A DNA stretch of 64,000 bases from Oceanispirochaeta sp. (GTDB lineage Bacteria > Spirochaetota > Spirochaetia > DSM-2461), in NCBI GenBank assembly GCA_963663385.2, contig CAXXXD010000002.1, positions 1,568,001 to 1,632,000 on the forward strand, given 5' to 3'. Made by a program: the position numbers and the translations under genes. Every line of letters begins with the position of its first letter. Positions within the stretch are counted from its first letter, which is position 1. Under the pieces are notes generated by a model that saw only the letters and a list, made by a program, of their open reading frames with translations, ran no database searches and was not told the origin of the DNA. Below, piece after piece: positions 1 to 9,501 of this stretch.

Positions 1-246
1 CGGGACATCGCTCTTATGGATAAAGAGACTCTTCTGGAGATTCATAACGAGATTTATGAAAAGACCTCCCTTGATGTGAGTTTTATTGTATCGGATGCGG
101 CGCCGGAACTTGTGCCGGGAGTGATTCTGGAATCGGAAGACGGCCGGGTTTCTTTTAATAATCAGCTTCCCGCCCGGTTCAGACGGATGAAGGCTCAGAT
201 CCGTAAAAGGATCAATCAGGGGCTGAGAGAGGATGTCGCATCATGA
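1..246 (+). CDS. atpE: V/A-type ATP synthase subunit E, C-terminal part (truncated by window edge)
   Basis: Frame open from position 1; C-terminal 'PGVILESEDGRVSFNN' resembles subunit E; overlaps the subunit A start (ATGA). Confidence 0.75.
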   Translation, partial: RDIALMDKETLLEIHNEIYEKTSLDVSFIVSDAAPELVPGVILESEDGRVSFNNQLPARFRRMKAQIRKRINQGLREDVAS

Positions 247-2015
247 GAGAACGGATTATCGGTAAAGTTAAACGGGTCAACGGACCTGTCATTACAGCCA
301 GGGGTATCACAGATGCCCAGATGATGGAGCTGGTCCGGGTGGGTGAGATCCGTCTGGTGGGCGAGGTTATAAAACTGGATGGTGAGCAGGCTGTCATTCA
401 GGTTTACGAAGATACAACGGGTCTGAAACCGGGGGATAATATCTATGGAGCCGGTATGCCCCTCTCTCTCGCTCTGGGACCGGGACTTATCGGGACAATC
501 TATGACGGTATTCAAAGGCCTTTAAAGGAACTTTATGACCTCTCCGGAACCTATCTGGAAAAGGGGCTGGAGGTTTCTCCTGTCAGTAAAGACAGGACCT
601 GGCCCTTTGAACCTCTGGTTTCCAGCGGCATAGATATCTACCCGGGGATGATAATCGGGCAGGTGCAGGAGACCGAGAGGATTGTTCATAAAATCCTTGT
701 GCCTCCCGAAGTTGAGGGAGTGCTCAAAGAGATCAACCCCGAGGGCCAGTATACTGTCGAAGACGTTATCGGAGTGGTGGAGACAGGCGCGGGAGAGGAT
801 CTTCCTCTGACCATGCTGCAGTACTGGCCTATCCGTGTGCCCCGTCCTGTTAAAAGCCGGGAAGCTCTGACCCTTCCCCTGATTACCGGTCAGAGGGTTA
901 TCGACACCCTTTTTCCCCTTGCCAAAGGGGGGACTGTCGCGATTCCGGGAGGATTCGGTACAGGGAAAACCATGACCCAGCATGCTATTGCCAAATGGTG
1001 TGATGCGGACATTATCGTTTACATAGGCTGCGGGGAGCGGGGCAACGAGATGACAGATGTTCTGACCGAGTTTCCCGAACTGATTGATCCCCGGACCGGA
1101 ACTTCCCTGATGGAGCGGACTATCCTGATTGCCAATACCTCCAATATGCCAGTTTCCGCCCGTGAGGCGAGTATCTATACGGGGATTACCATGGCCGAAT
1201 ACTACCGGGATCAGGGGTATCATGTGGCGATTATGGCGGATTCCACGTCCCGCTGGGCGGAAGCCCTCAGGGAGCTGTCCGGGCGGATGGAAGAGATGCC
1301 CGCAGAGGAAGGATTTCCGGCTTACCTGCCGACCCGGATTGCCGAGTTCTATGAAAGGGCCGGTTATATGGAAGTCCTGTCGGGGGAAAAGGGTTCCGTC
1401 TCTGTTATAGGCGCGGTTTCTCCTCCCGGAGGAGATTTTTCCGAACCGGTAACCCAGCATACCAGACGATTCGTCCGCTGTTTCTGGGGCCTGGACAGGC
1501 AGCTGGCCAATGCCCGGCATTATCCTGCCATTTCCTGGCTGGAAAGCTACAGCGAGTACCTGACAGAGGTTACCCCCTGGTGGGAAGAGCACAGCGGTGA
1601 AGGCTGGACCGGGAGCCGGCAGGCTATAATGGATCTGCTTCAGAGGGAAGTAAAACTTCAGCAGGTCGTGAAACTGGTGGGAGCCGATGCTCTTCCTGAC
1701 AGTCAGAGGTTTATTCTGGAAGTCTGCAAACTCTTTAAAAACGGCTTCCTTCAGCAGAATGCCTTTGATGATGTGGACCGTTACTCCTCCATAGAAAAAC
1801 AGCGTCGCATGCTGGAAATTATCCTTCTCTACTGGAAAAGAGGAGCCGAGGCGATTAAGGGCGGGGTTACACTGGTTAAGCTGCGGCATATGAAGATCCT
1901 GCAGGATATTGTAAAAATGAAACTGACCATTGCCAATGATGATCTGAGGGCATTTGACAAGCTGGAGGCCCGTCTGGAACGGTCATTGGATCAGCTGGAG
2001 GCGCTATATGGGTGA
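243..2015 (+). CDS. atpA: V/A-type ATP synthase subunit A
   Basis: Walker [39 protein letters not shown] and [12 protein letters not shown] motifs. Confidence 0.98.
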   Translation: MRERIIGKVKRVNGPVITARGITDAQMMELVRVGEIRLVGEVIKLDGEQAVIQVYEDTTGLKPGDNIYGAGMPLSLALGPGLIGTIYDGIQRPLKELYDLSGTYLEKGLEVSPVSKDRTWPFEPLVSSGIDIYPGMIIGQVQETERIVHKILVPPEVEGVLKEINPEGQYTVEDVIGVVETGAGEDLPLTMLQYWPIRVPRPVKSREALTLPLITGQRVIDTLFPLAKGGTVAIPGGFGTGKTMTQHAIAKWCDADIIVYIGCGERGNEMTDVLTEFPELIDPRTGTSLMERTILIANTSNMPVSAREASIYTGITMAEYYRDQGYHVAIMADSTSRWAEALRELSGRMEEMPAEEGFPAYLPTRIAEFYERAGYMEVLSGEKGSVSVIGAVSPPGGDFSEPVTQHTRRFVRCFWGLDRQLANARHYPAISWLESYSEYLTEVTPWWEEHSGEGWTGSRQAIMDLLQREVKLQQVVKLVGADALPDSQRFILEVCKLFKNGFLQQNAFDDVDRYSSIEKQRRMLEIILLYWKRGAEAIKGGVTLVKLRHMKILQDIVKMKLTIANDDLRAFDKLEARLERSLDQLEALYG

Positions 2016-3423
2016 GTTGACGAATCTTTATGAACGGGAAAAGGCGCTTCTGGCCGGTAAGGAGTACAAGGGGCTGAGCCGTGTGGACGGTCCTCTGGTA
2101 TTCCTTAAAAAAACGCATAATGTGGGTTACCGGGAGCTGGTGGAACTTTCGGACAGCCAGGGGAAGCAGCGCCTGGGGATGGTTCTGGATACATCGGATG
2201 AAGTGGTGGTGGTACAGGTTTTTGAAGGAACCACCGGGCTTACCATGCCCGATACCCGGGTCCGTTTCAAGGGAGAACCTCTCACGCTTCCTGTTACAGA
2301 CGGAATGCTGGGGCGCGTATTCAATGGTCTGGGGCAGCCTCTGGACGGAGGACCCGAACCCATTGGGGATAAATTTCTGGATGTAAACGGTATGCCCGTT
2401 AATCCTGTAGCCCGCCAGTACCCCCGAGACTTTATTCAGACAGGTATTTCCGTTATAGACGGGATGAACACCCTTATACGGGGGCAGAAGCTGCCTATCT
2501 TTTCGGGCAATGGTCTGCCTCACAACGAACTGGCTGCCCAGATAACCCGGCAGGCCCGTATCAGGGGGGACAAAACCAATTTCGCCGTTGTTTTTGCGGC
2601 CATGGGAGTTAAACATGATATTGCCCGTTTTTTTACGGACTCCTTTGAACGTTCAGGCGTACTGGACCGGGTTGCCCTGTTCCTGTCCCTGGCGGACGAT
2701 CCCTCCATTGAACGCACCATTACCCCCCGGACGGCTCTGACTCTGGCTGAGCATCTGGCTTATGACTGCGGGATGCATGTGCTTGTTATCATGACGGATA
2801 TGGCAAATTACTGTGAGTCCCTGCGGGAGATCTCTACCTTAAGGGGTGAAATCCCCTCCCGGAAAGGGTACCCGGGATACCTCTACTCGGATCTGGCCGA
2901 GCTCTATGAGCGTTCCGGTATGATTAAAGGTGTGGAAGGTTCCATAACACAGCTGCCTATACTGACCATGCCCAATGATGATATATCCCATCCCATCCCG
3001 GATCTGACCGGTTATATCACGGAAGGACAGATTGTGTTTGAGCGGGAGATGTACAGCCGCGGGATCTATCCTCCTGTGGCGGGGCTGCCGTCACTCTCCC
3101 GTCTGATGAAGGACGGTATCGGGGATGGAATGACCCGGGAGGACCATCCCCATCTCGCCAGTCAGCTCTTCGCTTCATACAGTTATGTTAAGGATGTACG
3201 GAACCTTGCCTCTGTAATTGGTGAAGAGGAGCTGACAGAACTCGACCACCTATATATGCAGTTCGGTGAAGCCTTTGAACAGAAGTTCGTCGCTCAGAGG
3301 CAGGATGAAAACCGGACGATAGAAGAGACTCTGGATCTGGCCTGGGAGGTTTTAAGTATCCTGCCGGTCGAGGAGCTGACCCGGGTCAGCGAAGATGAAC
3401 TGGCGGAGTACTATGGCCGTTAG
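2008..3423 (+). CDS. atpB: V/A-type ATP synthase subunit B
   Basis: [27 protein letters not shown] and [21 protein letters not shown] motifs; ATG at 2008 overlaps the end of atpA. Confidence 0.97.
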   Translation: MGELTNLYEREKALLAGKEYKGLSRVDGPLVFLKKTHNVGYRELVELSDSQGKQRLGMVLDTSDEVVVVQVFEGTTGLTMPDTRVRFKGEPLTLPVTDGMLGRVFNGLGQPLDGGPEPIGDKFLDVNGMPVNPVARQYPRDFIQTGISVIDGMNTLIRGQKLPIFSGNGLPHNELAAQITRQARIRGDKTNFAVVFAAMGVKHDIARFFTDSFERSGVLDRVALFLSLADDPSIERTITPRTALTLAEHLAYDCGMHVLVIMTDMANYCESLREISTLRGEIPSRKGYPGYLYSDLAELYERSGMIKGVEGSITQLPILTMPNDDISHPIPDLTGYITEGQIVFEREMYSRGIYPPVAGLPSLSRLMKDGIGDGMTREDHPHLASQLFASYSYVKDVRNLASVIGEEELTELDHLYMQFGEAFEQKFVAQRQDENRTIEETLDLAWEVLSILPVEELTRVSEDELAEYYGR

Positions 3424-4051
3424 AAAGAATATCGCCCCTACAAAAACCAACCTGATAAAACTGAAGGATGAATTGAAATTTGCCAGGCAGGGGTATGAGC
3501 TCCTGGATCAGAAGAGGAATATTCTTATTAACGAGCTGTTGACACTGGTAGACCTTGCTGTAGAAAGCGAGGAGAGGGCCTTTGCGGCGCTGGAGGAAGC
3601 TTATGCCTCTCTGGAGGCTTCCTCCCGGGATATCGGGAAGTACTCGGTGCAGTCTCTGGTGGGTTCCATCCGTATCGACAGTGAAATGGTAATCCGGCAG
3701 CGCCGGGTTATGGGGGTGCGCCTTCCTCAGGTGACCACCGCATTTGAGGATTTTCCTCCCTATGTAAGCCCTGATGGTTTAAGCCTGCATATCCCGTCTT
3801 CTATAGGGAATTTTAAAAAAGCCTTGAAAATTCTGGGAGAACTGGCAGAATTAAAAGTATCCATTATGCGACTGGCCCAGGAAGTGAAGAAGACGATCCG
3901 GAAGGTTAATGCACTGGAAAAAATCGCCATACCCGAGTTGGAGGATTCGGTCGGTTTTATCCGGAATCGCCTGGAGGAGAACGAACGGGAAAGTTTTGTT
4001 CTTATGAAAATGATCAAACAACGCATGGAGGAGGCGAATAATAATGGATAG
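3413..4051 (+). CDS. atpD: V/A-type ATP synthase subunit D
   Basis: [15 protein letters not shown] and [16 protein letters not shown] motifs; operon position. Confidence 0.95.
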   Translation: MAVRKNIAPTKTNLIKLKDELKFARQGYELLDQKRNILINELLTLVDLAVESEERAFAALEEAYASLEASSRDIGKYSVQSLVGSIRIDSEMVIRQRRVMGVRLPQVTTAFEDFPPYVSPDGLSLHIPSSIGNFKKALKILGELAELKVSIMRLAQEVKKTIRKVNALEKIAIPELEDSVGFIRNRLEENERESFVLMKMIKQRMEEANNNG

Positions 4052-4532
4052 TCCGATTAAACACATTCTTGTGTACCTGGACGGAACTGAGGAATCGGTA
4101 ACAGCGGCCCAGTATGCCATCTGTCTGGCTAAGATAACGGGCGCTCTGCTGTCCTCCATCTATATCGTCAATACAAGGGCATTGAATGATCTTGTAAAAT
4201 CCCATATTTTTATAGAATCCGAACAGGATGAGTATCAGCAGGATCTTCAGGAAGACGCCCGGAAGTATCTGAATCTGATGGAAAAAATGGCCCGACAGAA
4301 AAATGTGGCGGTTTCTGTCTACGAGGAGAGCGGGGCCGTACAGTCCATTATCCGGGATTTTATCCGGGAAAAGGGTGTAGATCTGCTTGTGACGGGTAAA
4401 ATATCCAATATCCGCAGCAGGCGGGATGAATTGAATAACGAGACGGAAAGGGTGATGCGGAATGTTTCCTGTTCCGTACTTGTTGTAAAAGATGAAGAGC
4501 GTGTTTGGGAAATGTTTGACCAACTGGCTTAA
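4044..4532 (+). CDS. Universal stress protein (UspA family)
   Basis: IKHILVYLDGTEES, VDLLVTG and CSVLVVK motifs; overlaps atpD by 8 nt. Confidence 0.9.
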   Translation: MDSPIKHILVYLDGTEESVTAAQYAICLAKITGALLSSIYIVNTRALNDLVKSHIFIESEQDEYQQDLQEDARKYLNLMEKMARQKNVAVSVYEESGAVQSIIRDFIREKGVDLLVTGKISNIRSRRDELNNETERVMRNVSCSVLVVKDEERVWEMFDQLA

Positions 4533-4547
4533 AATAGAGGTAAGAAA

Positions 4548-4997
4548 ATGGCTTTGCTGGATTTACTGGAAGAGAAAATTATCAAGGTTCCCCTGGAATC
4601 TGATAACAAAACAGAAGTTATACATGAACTGGTTGATGTTCTGACCGCAGCGGGGAAGATAAATAATCCCGAATCTGTTATTTCTGCCGTAATGGAAAGG
4701 GAGAACATGGGGAGTACCGGTCTGGATAAAGGGATTGCTGTTCCTCATGCCAAGACGACTGAAGTGGAAACACTTTGTGTCGCTTTGGGGATATCAAGAG
4801 AGGGCGTGGACTTTGATGCTCTGGACGGAGAAGATTCCCATCTCTTTTTTATGATTCTTGCTCCCCCTGATCAGAGCAGTCAGCATATACAGGTCCTGTC
4901 GGAAATAGCGGGAATCGCCAGGAGTAAAGCGTTTTGCCGGATGCTGAAAAATGCGGAAGATGCGGAAGAGGTTATTGAACTCTTTATGGAAGAGTAG
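4548..4997 (+). CDS. PTS EIIA component (fructose/mannitol/Ntr type)
   Basis: RENMGSTGLDKGIAVPHAK phospho-His motif; FDALDG and HIQVLSEIA. Confidence 0.93.
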   Translation: MALLDLLEEKIIKVPLESDNKTEVIHELVDVLTAAGKINNPESVISAVMERENMGSTGLDKGIAVPHAKTTEVETLCVALGISREGVDFDALDGEDSHLFFMILAPPDQSSQHIQVLSEIAGIARSKAFCRMLKNAEDAEEVIELFMEE

Positions 4998-5023
4998 TTT
5001 CCTTTTTCCCGGGAAGGATGAAA

Positions 5024-5047
5024 CTGCGGACATGTTCCTGTCCGCAG
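5024..5047. terminator. Stem-loop between convergent genes (candidate terminator)
   Basis: ctgcggaca-tgttcc-tgtccgcag, perfect 9-bp stem. Confidence 0.55.
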
Positions 5048-5122
5048 GCTTCCATTGCAGTTTGCTGTTGCACTAATCAAGACGATTCTTATCCAGTTTG
5101 ATTATCCCGGTATCCTAACCAG

Positions 5123-5782
5123 TTATACTTTCCAGAGCTGATCCCATGTGGAGATTTCCTGTCTCTGCCCTTTGACAGGTTCCGTTTTATCTGCGGATTG
5201 AAACTGAACTTCCTTCAGGTAGAGAGAGTGAAGTTTTTTTTCAGAATAGGCCATATATTCGAAGATAATCTTTTTTTCCGGTTTAACCTTCATTAAAGAA
5301 AATATGCGTTGAATCTTGTTCAGCTTTCTCCGCAGATGCTGAACCCCGTATATGGACAGTTTAAAGTGTCTGGCCAGTTCGTAATCTTTTTTCAGGTAGT
5401 TACCGTTTTCATCTTTTTTGTTTAAATCAACAAATTCAATGATCTCTTTGTTGGTAAGACGGTTTTTTGTATTGCTGCAGTACTCGGCATTCCTCCGCCT
5501 TGAACGGATACCGGCTCCGGCGCACTTCCTCTTTTTCCAATAGGGATGCCTGTTCCGGGCATATTGTATATCTTTTAGAGTATGCCCTGTATTTTTCATC
5601 CACTCCCTGGCTGCCAGGCTCTTCTCGTAGGCTGTCAGCGGAAGGTTCAGGGATAAATCGATGTACTGTTCAGGATCAGGACTGTTGATCAGTTTTCTGT
5701 AAGCAATTTCTTTTTTCTTGTCCACTGAAGATATATTACCTGTGTTGCTGGATTTATGCAATTGGAGTTTCGTTAAAGTCAC
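5123..5782 (-). CDS. Basic hypothetical protein with a probable helix-turn-helix (true start may be GTG at 5725)
   Basis: 219-aa Lys/Arg-rich ORF; segment KDYELARHFKLSIYGVQHLRRK looks like an HTH; downstream of the DHH gene on the same strand. Confidence 0.7.
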   Translation of the reverse strand: MTLTKLQLHKSSNTGNISSVDKKKEIAYRKLINSPDPEQYIDLSLNLPLTAYEKSLAAREWMKNTGHTLKDIQYARNRHPYWKKRKCAGAGIRSRRRNAEYCSNTKNRLTNKEIIEFVDLNKKDENGNYLKKDYELARHFKLSIYGVQHLRRKLNKIQRIFSLMKVKPEKKIIFEYMAYSEKKLHSLYLKEVQFQSADKTEPVKGQRQEISTWDQLWKV

Positions 5783-6842
5783 TGTTGAGAATATCTTTCA
5801 GAAGGGGCAGCACGATTTTCCGTGAAGCCTTTCTGTTTCCCTGTATGAAACTAAACCAGGGATATTGATTGCCTGGCAGCGGGGCAACAGGTGAAACCGC
5901 CAACTCTGTCAATTCAAGCTCCTCCAGTAAAAGGATCTTTTCTTTTATACCTTTTTTTAAATTGCAGTTCCGGGAGAATCGGGCTGACGGGATAGCAGAT
6001 AACTCTCTGGAAAAGGGATTTTGTGTTGTATGCATAATAAAAAGAAAATCCACTTCCCTTTCTTTCATAAAATTTATTATGGATTGAGTATTGTAAAGGG
6101 GAGAGGCATAAAACTCTGCAAGGGAAAGGGGGACGGAGCTTATCCCTCCGGTAATTTTTGAACCGCTGATGTCTTTATAGTCTCTTCTAAGGTGATCATC
6201 CAGGGAAAGAGAACTGAGGTAATTCTTAATAATAATCAGGGAACGGAGGAATTCTTCATCATCCTCTGAAAAAAAGGAGCGGAGCCAGGCGTACTGTTCC
6301 CGGTCCAGGCCTGTGGTTTTCCCCCAATCAGGATTGAAATTCCCCGTATCTACGATAATGGCTGCCCCCATGAGCAGGGCTGTTGATCTATCTGGTGTAA
6401 ATCGGCTCTGCTGCCATGCCCTGCTGACAAGGGAGGCACAGGATCCGCAGGGTTCCACTACACGCATGGACAGCCCCGTGTGTTCCCGTTTCACAGAAAA
6501 TCCGGTGTCATTATGATGGTCTATAATCCCAAGTATCCTTTCTTCAGCGATCCCCTGTTCTGGATCGTTATGGTCAACAAGGATGAATCCTGTTTTATTG
6601 TTCCGGAACTGCTTCCGGATGGATTCGGACTTTTCAGAATACAAGTCGGATGGATTGACTCCCGCATGATTGAAGAGAGCCGGTATTTCGGGGTTCAGAC
6701 GCAGTTCCTCCCGGTCTCTTTTCAGTACAGGAATAAACCGGATGGACGGCTCTGTCAGAGTAAGCAGGCGGCTTAAACAGATTGCTGATACTGTGCTGTC
6801 CAGATCTCCCGCCTGGTTCCCCGTAATTATTATGGTATTCAT
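5754..6842 (-). CDS. DHH/DHHA2 phosphoesterase of the Prune/PPX1 exopolyphosphatase type
   Basis: GNQAGDLDS, LVDHN, IIDHH, GSCASLV, IIVDTGNF and LRRDYK motifs; ATG at 6842 overlaps the upstream stop (ATGA). Confidence 0.85.
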   Translation of the reverse strand: MNTIIITGNQAGDLDSTVSAICLSRLLTLTEPSIRFIPVLKRDREELRLNPEIPALFNHAGVNPSDLYSEKSESIRKQFRNNKTGFILVDHNDPEQGIAEERILGIIDHHNDTGFSVKREHTGLSMRVVEPCGSCASLVSRAWQQSRFTPDRSTALLMGAAIIVDTGNFNPDWGKTTGLDREQYAWLRSFFSEDDEEFLRSLIIIKNYLSSLSLDDHLRRDYKDISGSKITGGISSVPLSLAEFYASPLYNTQSIINFMKEREVDFLFIMHTTQNPFSRELSAIPSARFSRNCNLKKGIKEKILLLEELELTELAVSPVAPLPGNQYPWFSFIQGNRKASRKIVLPLLKDILNSDFNETPIA

Positions 6843-7234
6843 CTTTGTCCGGCTATCCTTTCTGTTATTCCATGGATAATCAGGAAAAAAAGAATTATCC
6901 AAATGAGTATAATTATGAGTCCGGCAAACAGATTTCTCCTTTTTTCTACTGTTTTTTCTGCAGCTGCTATGCGGCACTCCTTCAGTATTTCGTCCGGGAT
7001 TAATCTGATACATAAAGCCATAAGAAAGGGTAGGATAATCAGGTCATCAAGATAACCCAGGACAGGTATAAAATCCGGAATCAAATCTATGGGGCTGAAT
7101 GCATAAGCCGTAGTCAGAACCAGGAGGAATTTTGCTTTGGCAGGCAGCCGGGGATGTTTGAGAGCCAGGATCAGGGCCGGCAGATCCTTTTTTAGGGTTA
7201 CAGCAATTTCCTTCAGTTTTGTAACAGGGAACAT
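6839..7234 (-). CDS. YkvA/DUF1232 family membrane protein
   Basis: YAFSPIDLIPDFIPVLGYLDDL signature. Confidence 0.92.
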   Translation of the reverse strand: MFPVTKLKEIAVTLKKDLPALILALKHPRLPAKAKFLLVLTTAYAFSPIDLIPDFIPVLGYLDDLIILPFLMALCIRLIPDEILKECRIAAAEKTVEKRRNLFAGLIIILIWIILFFLIIHGITERIAGQR

Positions 7235-7337
7235 ATTGTAAAGATAATCTAATGGAGCAGTTAAGAAAAGACGACAAAGGCGTTGGCTTTTTGATTTTTT
7301 CATGCAGGGATTTGCTTTTTCGGGATTAATATATTAT

Positions 7338-7361
7338 TTTAATTAGGAATACCTAATTAAA
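7338..7361. promoter_or_regulatory. Perfect inverted repeat; candidate DtxR/TroR-family metal-repressor operator
   Basis: tttaattagg-aata-cctaattaaa; overlaps a putative -10 (TTGCTT 7312, 17 bp, TATTTT 7335) upstream of the metal-binding protein gene. Confidence 0.6.
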
Positions 7362-7408
7362 GCGGTTTTTTATTGCTCAGCAGTTAAATATAGTACAGGG
7401 AAGGGAAA

Positions 7409-8407
7409 ATGAAACATAAAACAAAACTGAATTTAGTGATACTTATTTTTATCTCCTTAAGTGCCAATCTGATTGCCTCAGGGCAGCAGGATGATACGGG
7501 AAAACTGAAGGTAGTGGGTACGACCAGTATCCTGACTGATGTTATCACAAATATAGCCGGTGACAGGGTAGATCTGACCGGTCTGATAAAAGTCGGGCAG
7601 GATCCTCATGGTTATGAACCGACCCCCCGCGATATGGCCAGGGTCGAAGAGGCGGATGTACTGTTCCTGAACGGTTTTAATCTGGAGGAGAGCCTGGTTG
7701 GTGTTCTGGAAACTGTCAGTACAAATCTGGTTGTGGAAGTATCGGGTAAAATGGATCATGAAACGCATGATGAACATGATGAACATGATGAACATGATGA
7801 ACATGAAGAACATGAAGAACATGAAGAACATGAAGAACATGAAGGGCATAACCATGGGGGGATTGATCCCCATACCTGGATGTCTCCTTTAAATGTGATA
7901 CATTGGTCCGAAACCATTGCAGACACCCTGTCGGAAGCAGATCCGGAGAACGCTTCTTTTTATCGGGAAAATGCCGCTTCCTATATCAGTCAGCTGAAAG
8001 CCCTTCATCATGAGATTCAGGAAGCAATCAATGTTATCCCGGAAGAAAGACGGATCCTTGTGACAGATCATATGGCATTCGGGTACTATGCGGATGAGTA
8101 CGGACTGGACGTGGCCGGTACGATCCTGCCTGATACAAGCGCCAGTTCTGATGTTTCTGCCAAACACCTGGCCGATCTGGTGCATATACTGGAGAAACGG
8201 AATATCTCAGCCGTATTTATTGGTGATACCGCCGGACTGGATATCAGAAAAATCAGTGAAGCCATTCAAAACGAACTGGGAAGACCTATAGAAATATTGC
8301 CGCTTCTGACCGGATCCCTGAAGGCCGGGGGTGATCAGGGAGACAGCTATCTGGAGTATATGAGATTTAATACAAAGCAGATTGTGAAAGGTTTAGGGAA
8401 ACCCTGA
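7409..8407 (+). CDS. Zn/Mn ABC transporter substrate-binding protein (TroA/ZnuA cluster A-I) with His-rich loop
   Basis: DPHGYEPTP, DPHTWMSP and TDHMAFGY metal-ligand motifs; signal peptide; (HDE)4(HEE)4 loop. Confidence 0.93.
   Translation: MKHKTKLNLVILIFISLSANLIASGQQDDTGKLKVVGTTSILTDVITNIAGDRVDLTGLIKVGQDPHGYEPTPRDMARVEEADVLFLNGFNLEESLVGVLETVSTNLVVEVSGKMDHETHDEHDEHDEHDEHEEHEEHEEHEEHEGHNHGGIDPHTWMSPLNVIHWSETIADTLSEADPENASFYRENAASYISQLKALHHEIQEAINVIPEERRILVTDHMAFGYYADEYGLDVAGTILPDTSASSDVSAKHLADLVHILEKRNISAVFIGDTAGLDIRKISEAIQNELGRPIEILPLLTGSLKAGGDQGDSYLEYMRFNTKQIVKGLGKP
7766..7843 (+). repeat. 9-bp in-frame tandem repeat (catgatgaa x4, catgaagaa x4, catgaa)
   Basis: Read directly from the sequence. 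Confidence 0.97.
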
Positions 8408-8447
8408 CTGTGTATGGGAAGGCTATTCTCCTGAATACTGCTTTTCA

Positions 8448-8491
8448 GGCAATCCTGCAGAAAGGTTTTCCATTAACCCTTCAGGATTGCC
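8448..8491. terminator. Inverted repeat between convergent genes
   Basis: ggcaatcctg ... caggattgcc, 10-bp arms. Confidence 0.45.
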
Positions 8492-8529
8492 GAATCTGGC
8501 AAAATACTGGTTGATGCACATACAATGCC

Positions 8530-9408
8530 CTAGCAGAACTGTTCCAGATACTGCAGGCTGCAGTGTACGGATAAACGGTCAGACAGGCGGTAGGCTTCCT
8601 TTATGGTTACAATTTTCCTCTGTCTCTCTCCATCCTCCCGCCATTTTTTAAATACCCGTTTTACCTCCAGTGGATAGGCCAGAAGGTTGCAGGTAAATTC
8701 CATTTTTTCGTAGGGTATCCGGATGGGACTGCCGCTGATGTGCCCGGTAATCCCCGCTTCTTCTTCCGCTTCCATCAGAGCTACCTGTTTGAAGGTCATA
8801 TGGCGTTCCTGCTGACCTTTTGGGAAAATCCAGTGCTTCTCTTTTCGTTTTGTAATGAGAATGACCTTTTTTTCTCCTCCTTCCCTGATAAAAGGGATTG
8901 AGCCTATAAGGGATTTTGTGATTCCGGAAGCTAAGATATGTTTTCTCTGTTCCGCAGGAAGTTCCGCCAGAAAGTGATTTTTATAGCGGGGATCAAAACT
9001 GATTTCATCGGCCAGGAAGGAGGGTTTTTTAAAGGTCCGGGCAGATGTTTCATTCCCGAACTGTATTTTAGCGGTGTATAGGCCGTCCAGAGGGCCATGG
9101 AACTGGTCAATATGGATCATATGGTCCTTCCACTTATAGTTGTAGCGGGTCTTTTCCAGCCGGCAGTGGCTGGTCCCGGGCCAGAAGGATTCAAACTGGT
9201 TTTCAGTCAGTTCAACCTTAAATTGCTCCCTGTTCTTTCCCAGTCCTTTTGTAACAGTCTGATTAAAGCGATTATCTTTTTGACGAATTCTTACTTTACC
9301 CGTGTCGGATACGGCCAGATACCCCTGACGGATATACTCCTTCTTTTTACAGGGAAGTGTATGTGGGAGTTCATCCAATAGAAACTTTCTCTCTATTTCT
9401 TTTGCCAT
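8530..9408 (-). CDS. CYTH domain (degenerate) fused to a DIPP-like Nudix hydrolase
   Basis: N-terminal EIERKFL, IRQGYL, VRIR, EKTRY, DPRYKN; C-terminal HWIFPKG...ALMEAEEEAGITG. Confidence 0.88.
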   Translation of the reverse strand: MAKEIERKFLLDELPHTLPCKKKEYIRQGYLAVSDTGKVRIRQKDNRFNQTVTKGLGKNREQFKVELTENQFESFWPGTSHCRLEKTRYNYKWKDHMIHIDQFHGPLDGLYTAKIQFGNETSARTFKKPSFLADEISFDPRYKNHFLAELPAEQRKHILASGITKSLIGSIPFIREGGEKKVILITKRKEKHWIFPKGQQERHMTFKQVALMEAEEEAGITGHISGSPIRIPYEKMEFTCNLLAYPLEVKRVFKKWREDGERQRKIVTIKEAYRLSDRLSVHCSLQYLEQFC

Positions 9409-9501
9409 ATTCCTCTCCGGGAAAAAAGATAATACTCAGCCTGTTTAGAAGCCATTCTGATAGGAAACAAGTTTAGCAAGTGAAAAAGGTTCTGTCTTCA
9501 A

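Noticed and set aside
522..1889. 455-aa minus-strand ORF
   Set aside because: Antisense shadow of atpA; no recognisable motifs
7766..7843. Possible CRISPR-like array
   Set aside because: 9-bp head-to-tail units with no spacers, in frame within a CDS; no cas genes in the window
7478..7892. ORFs with MFF/MFI and MMN/MKN repeats
   Set aside because: Alternative-frame readings of the 9-bp His-loop repeat
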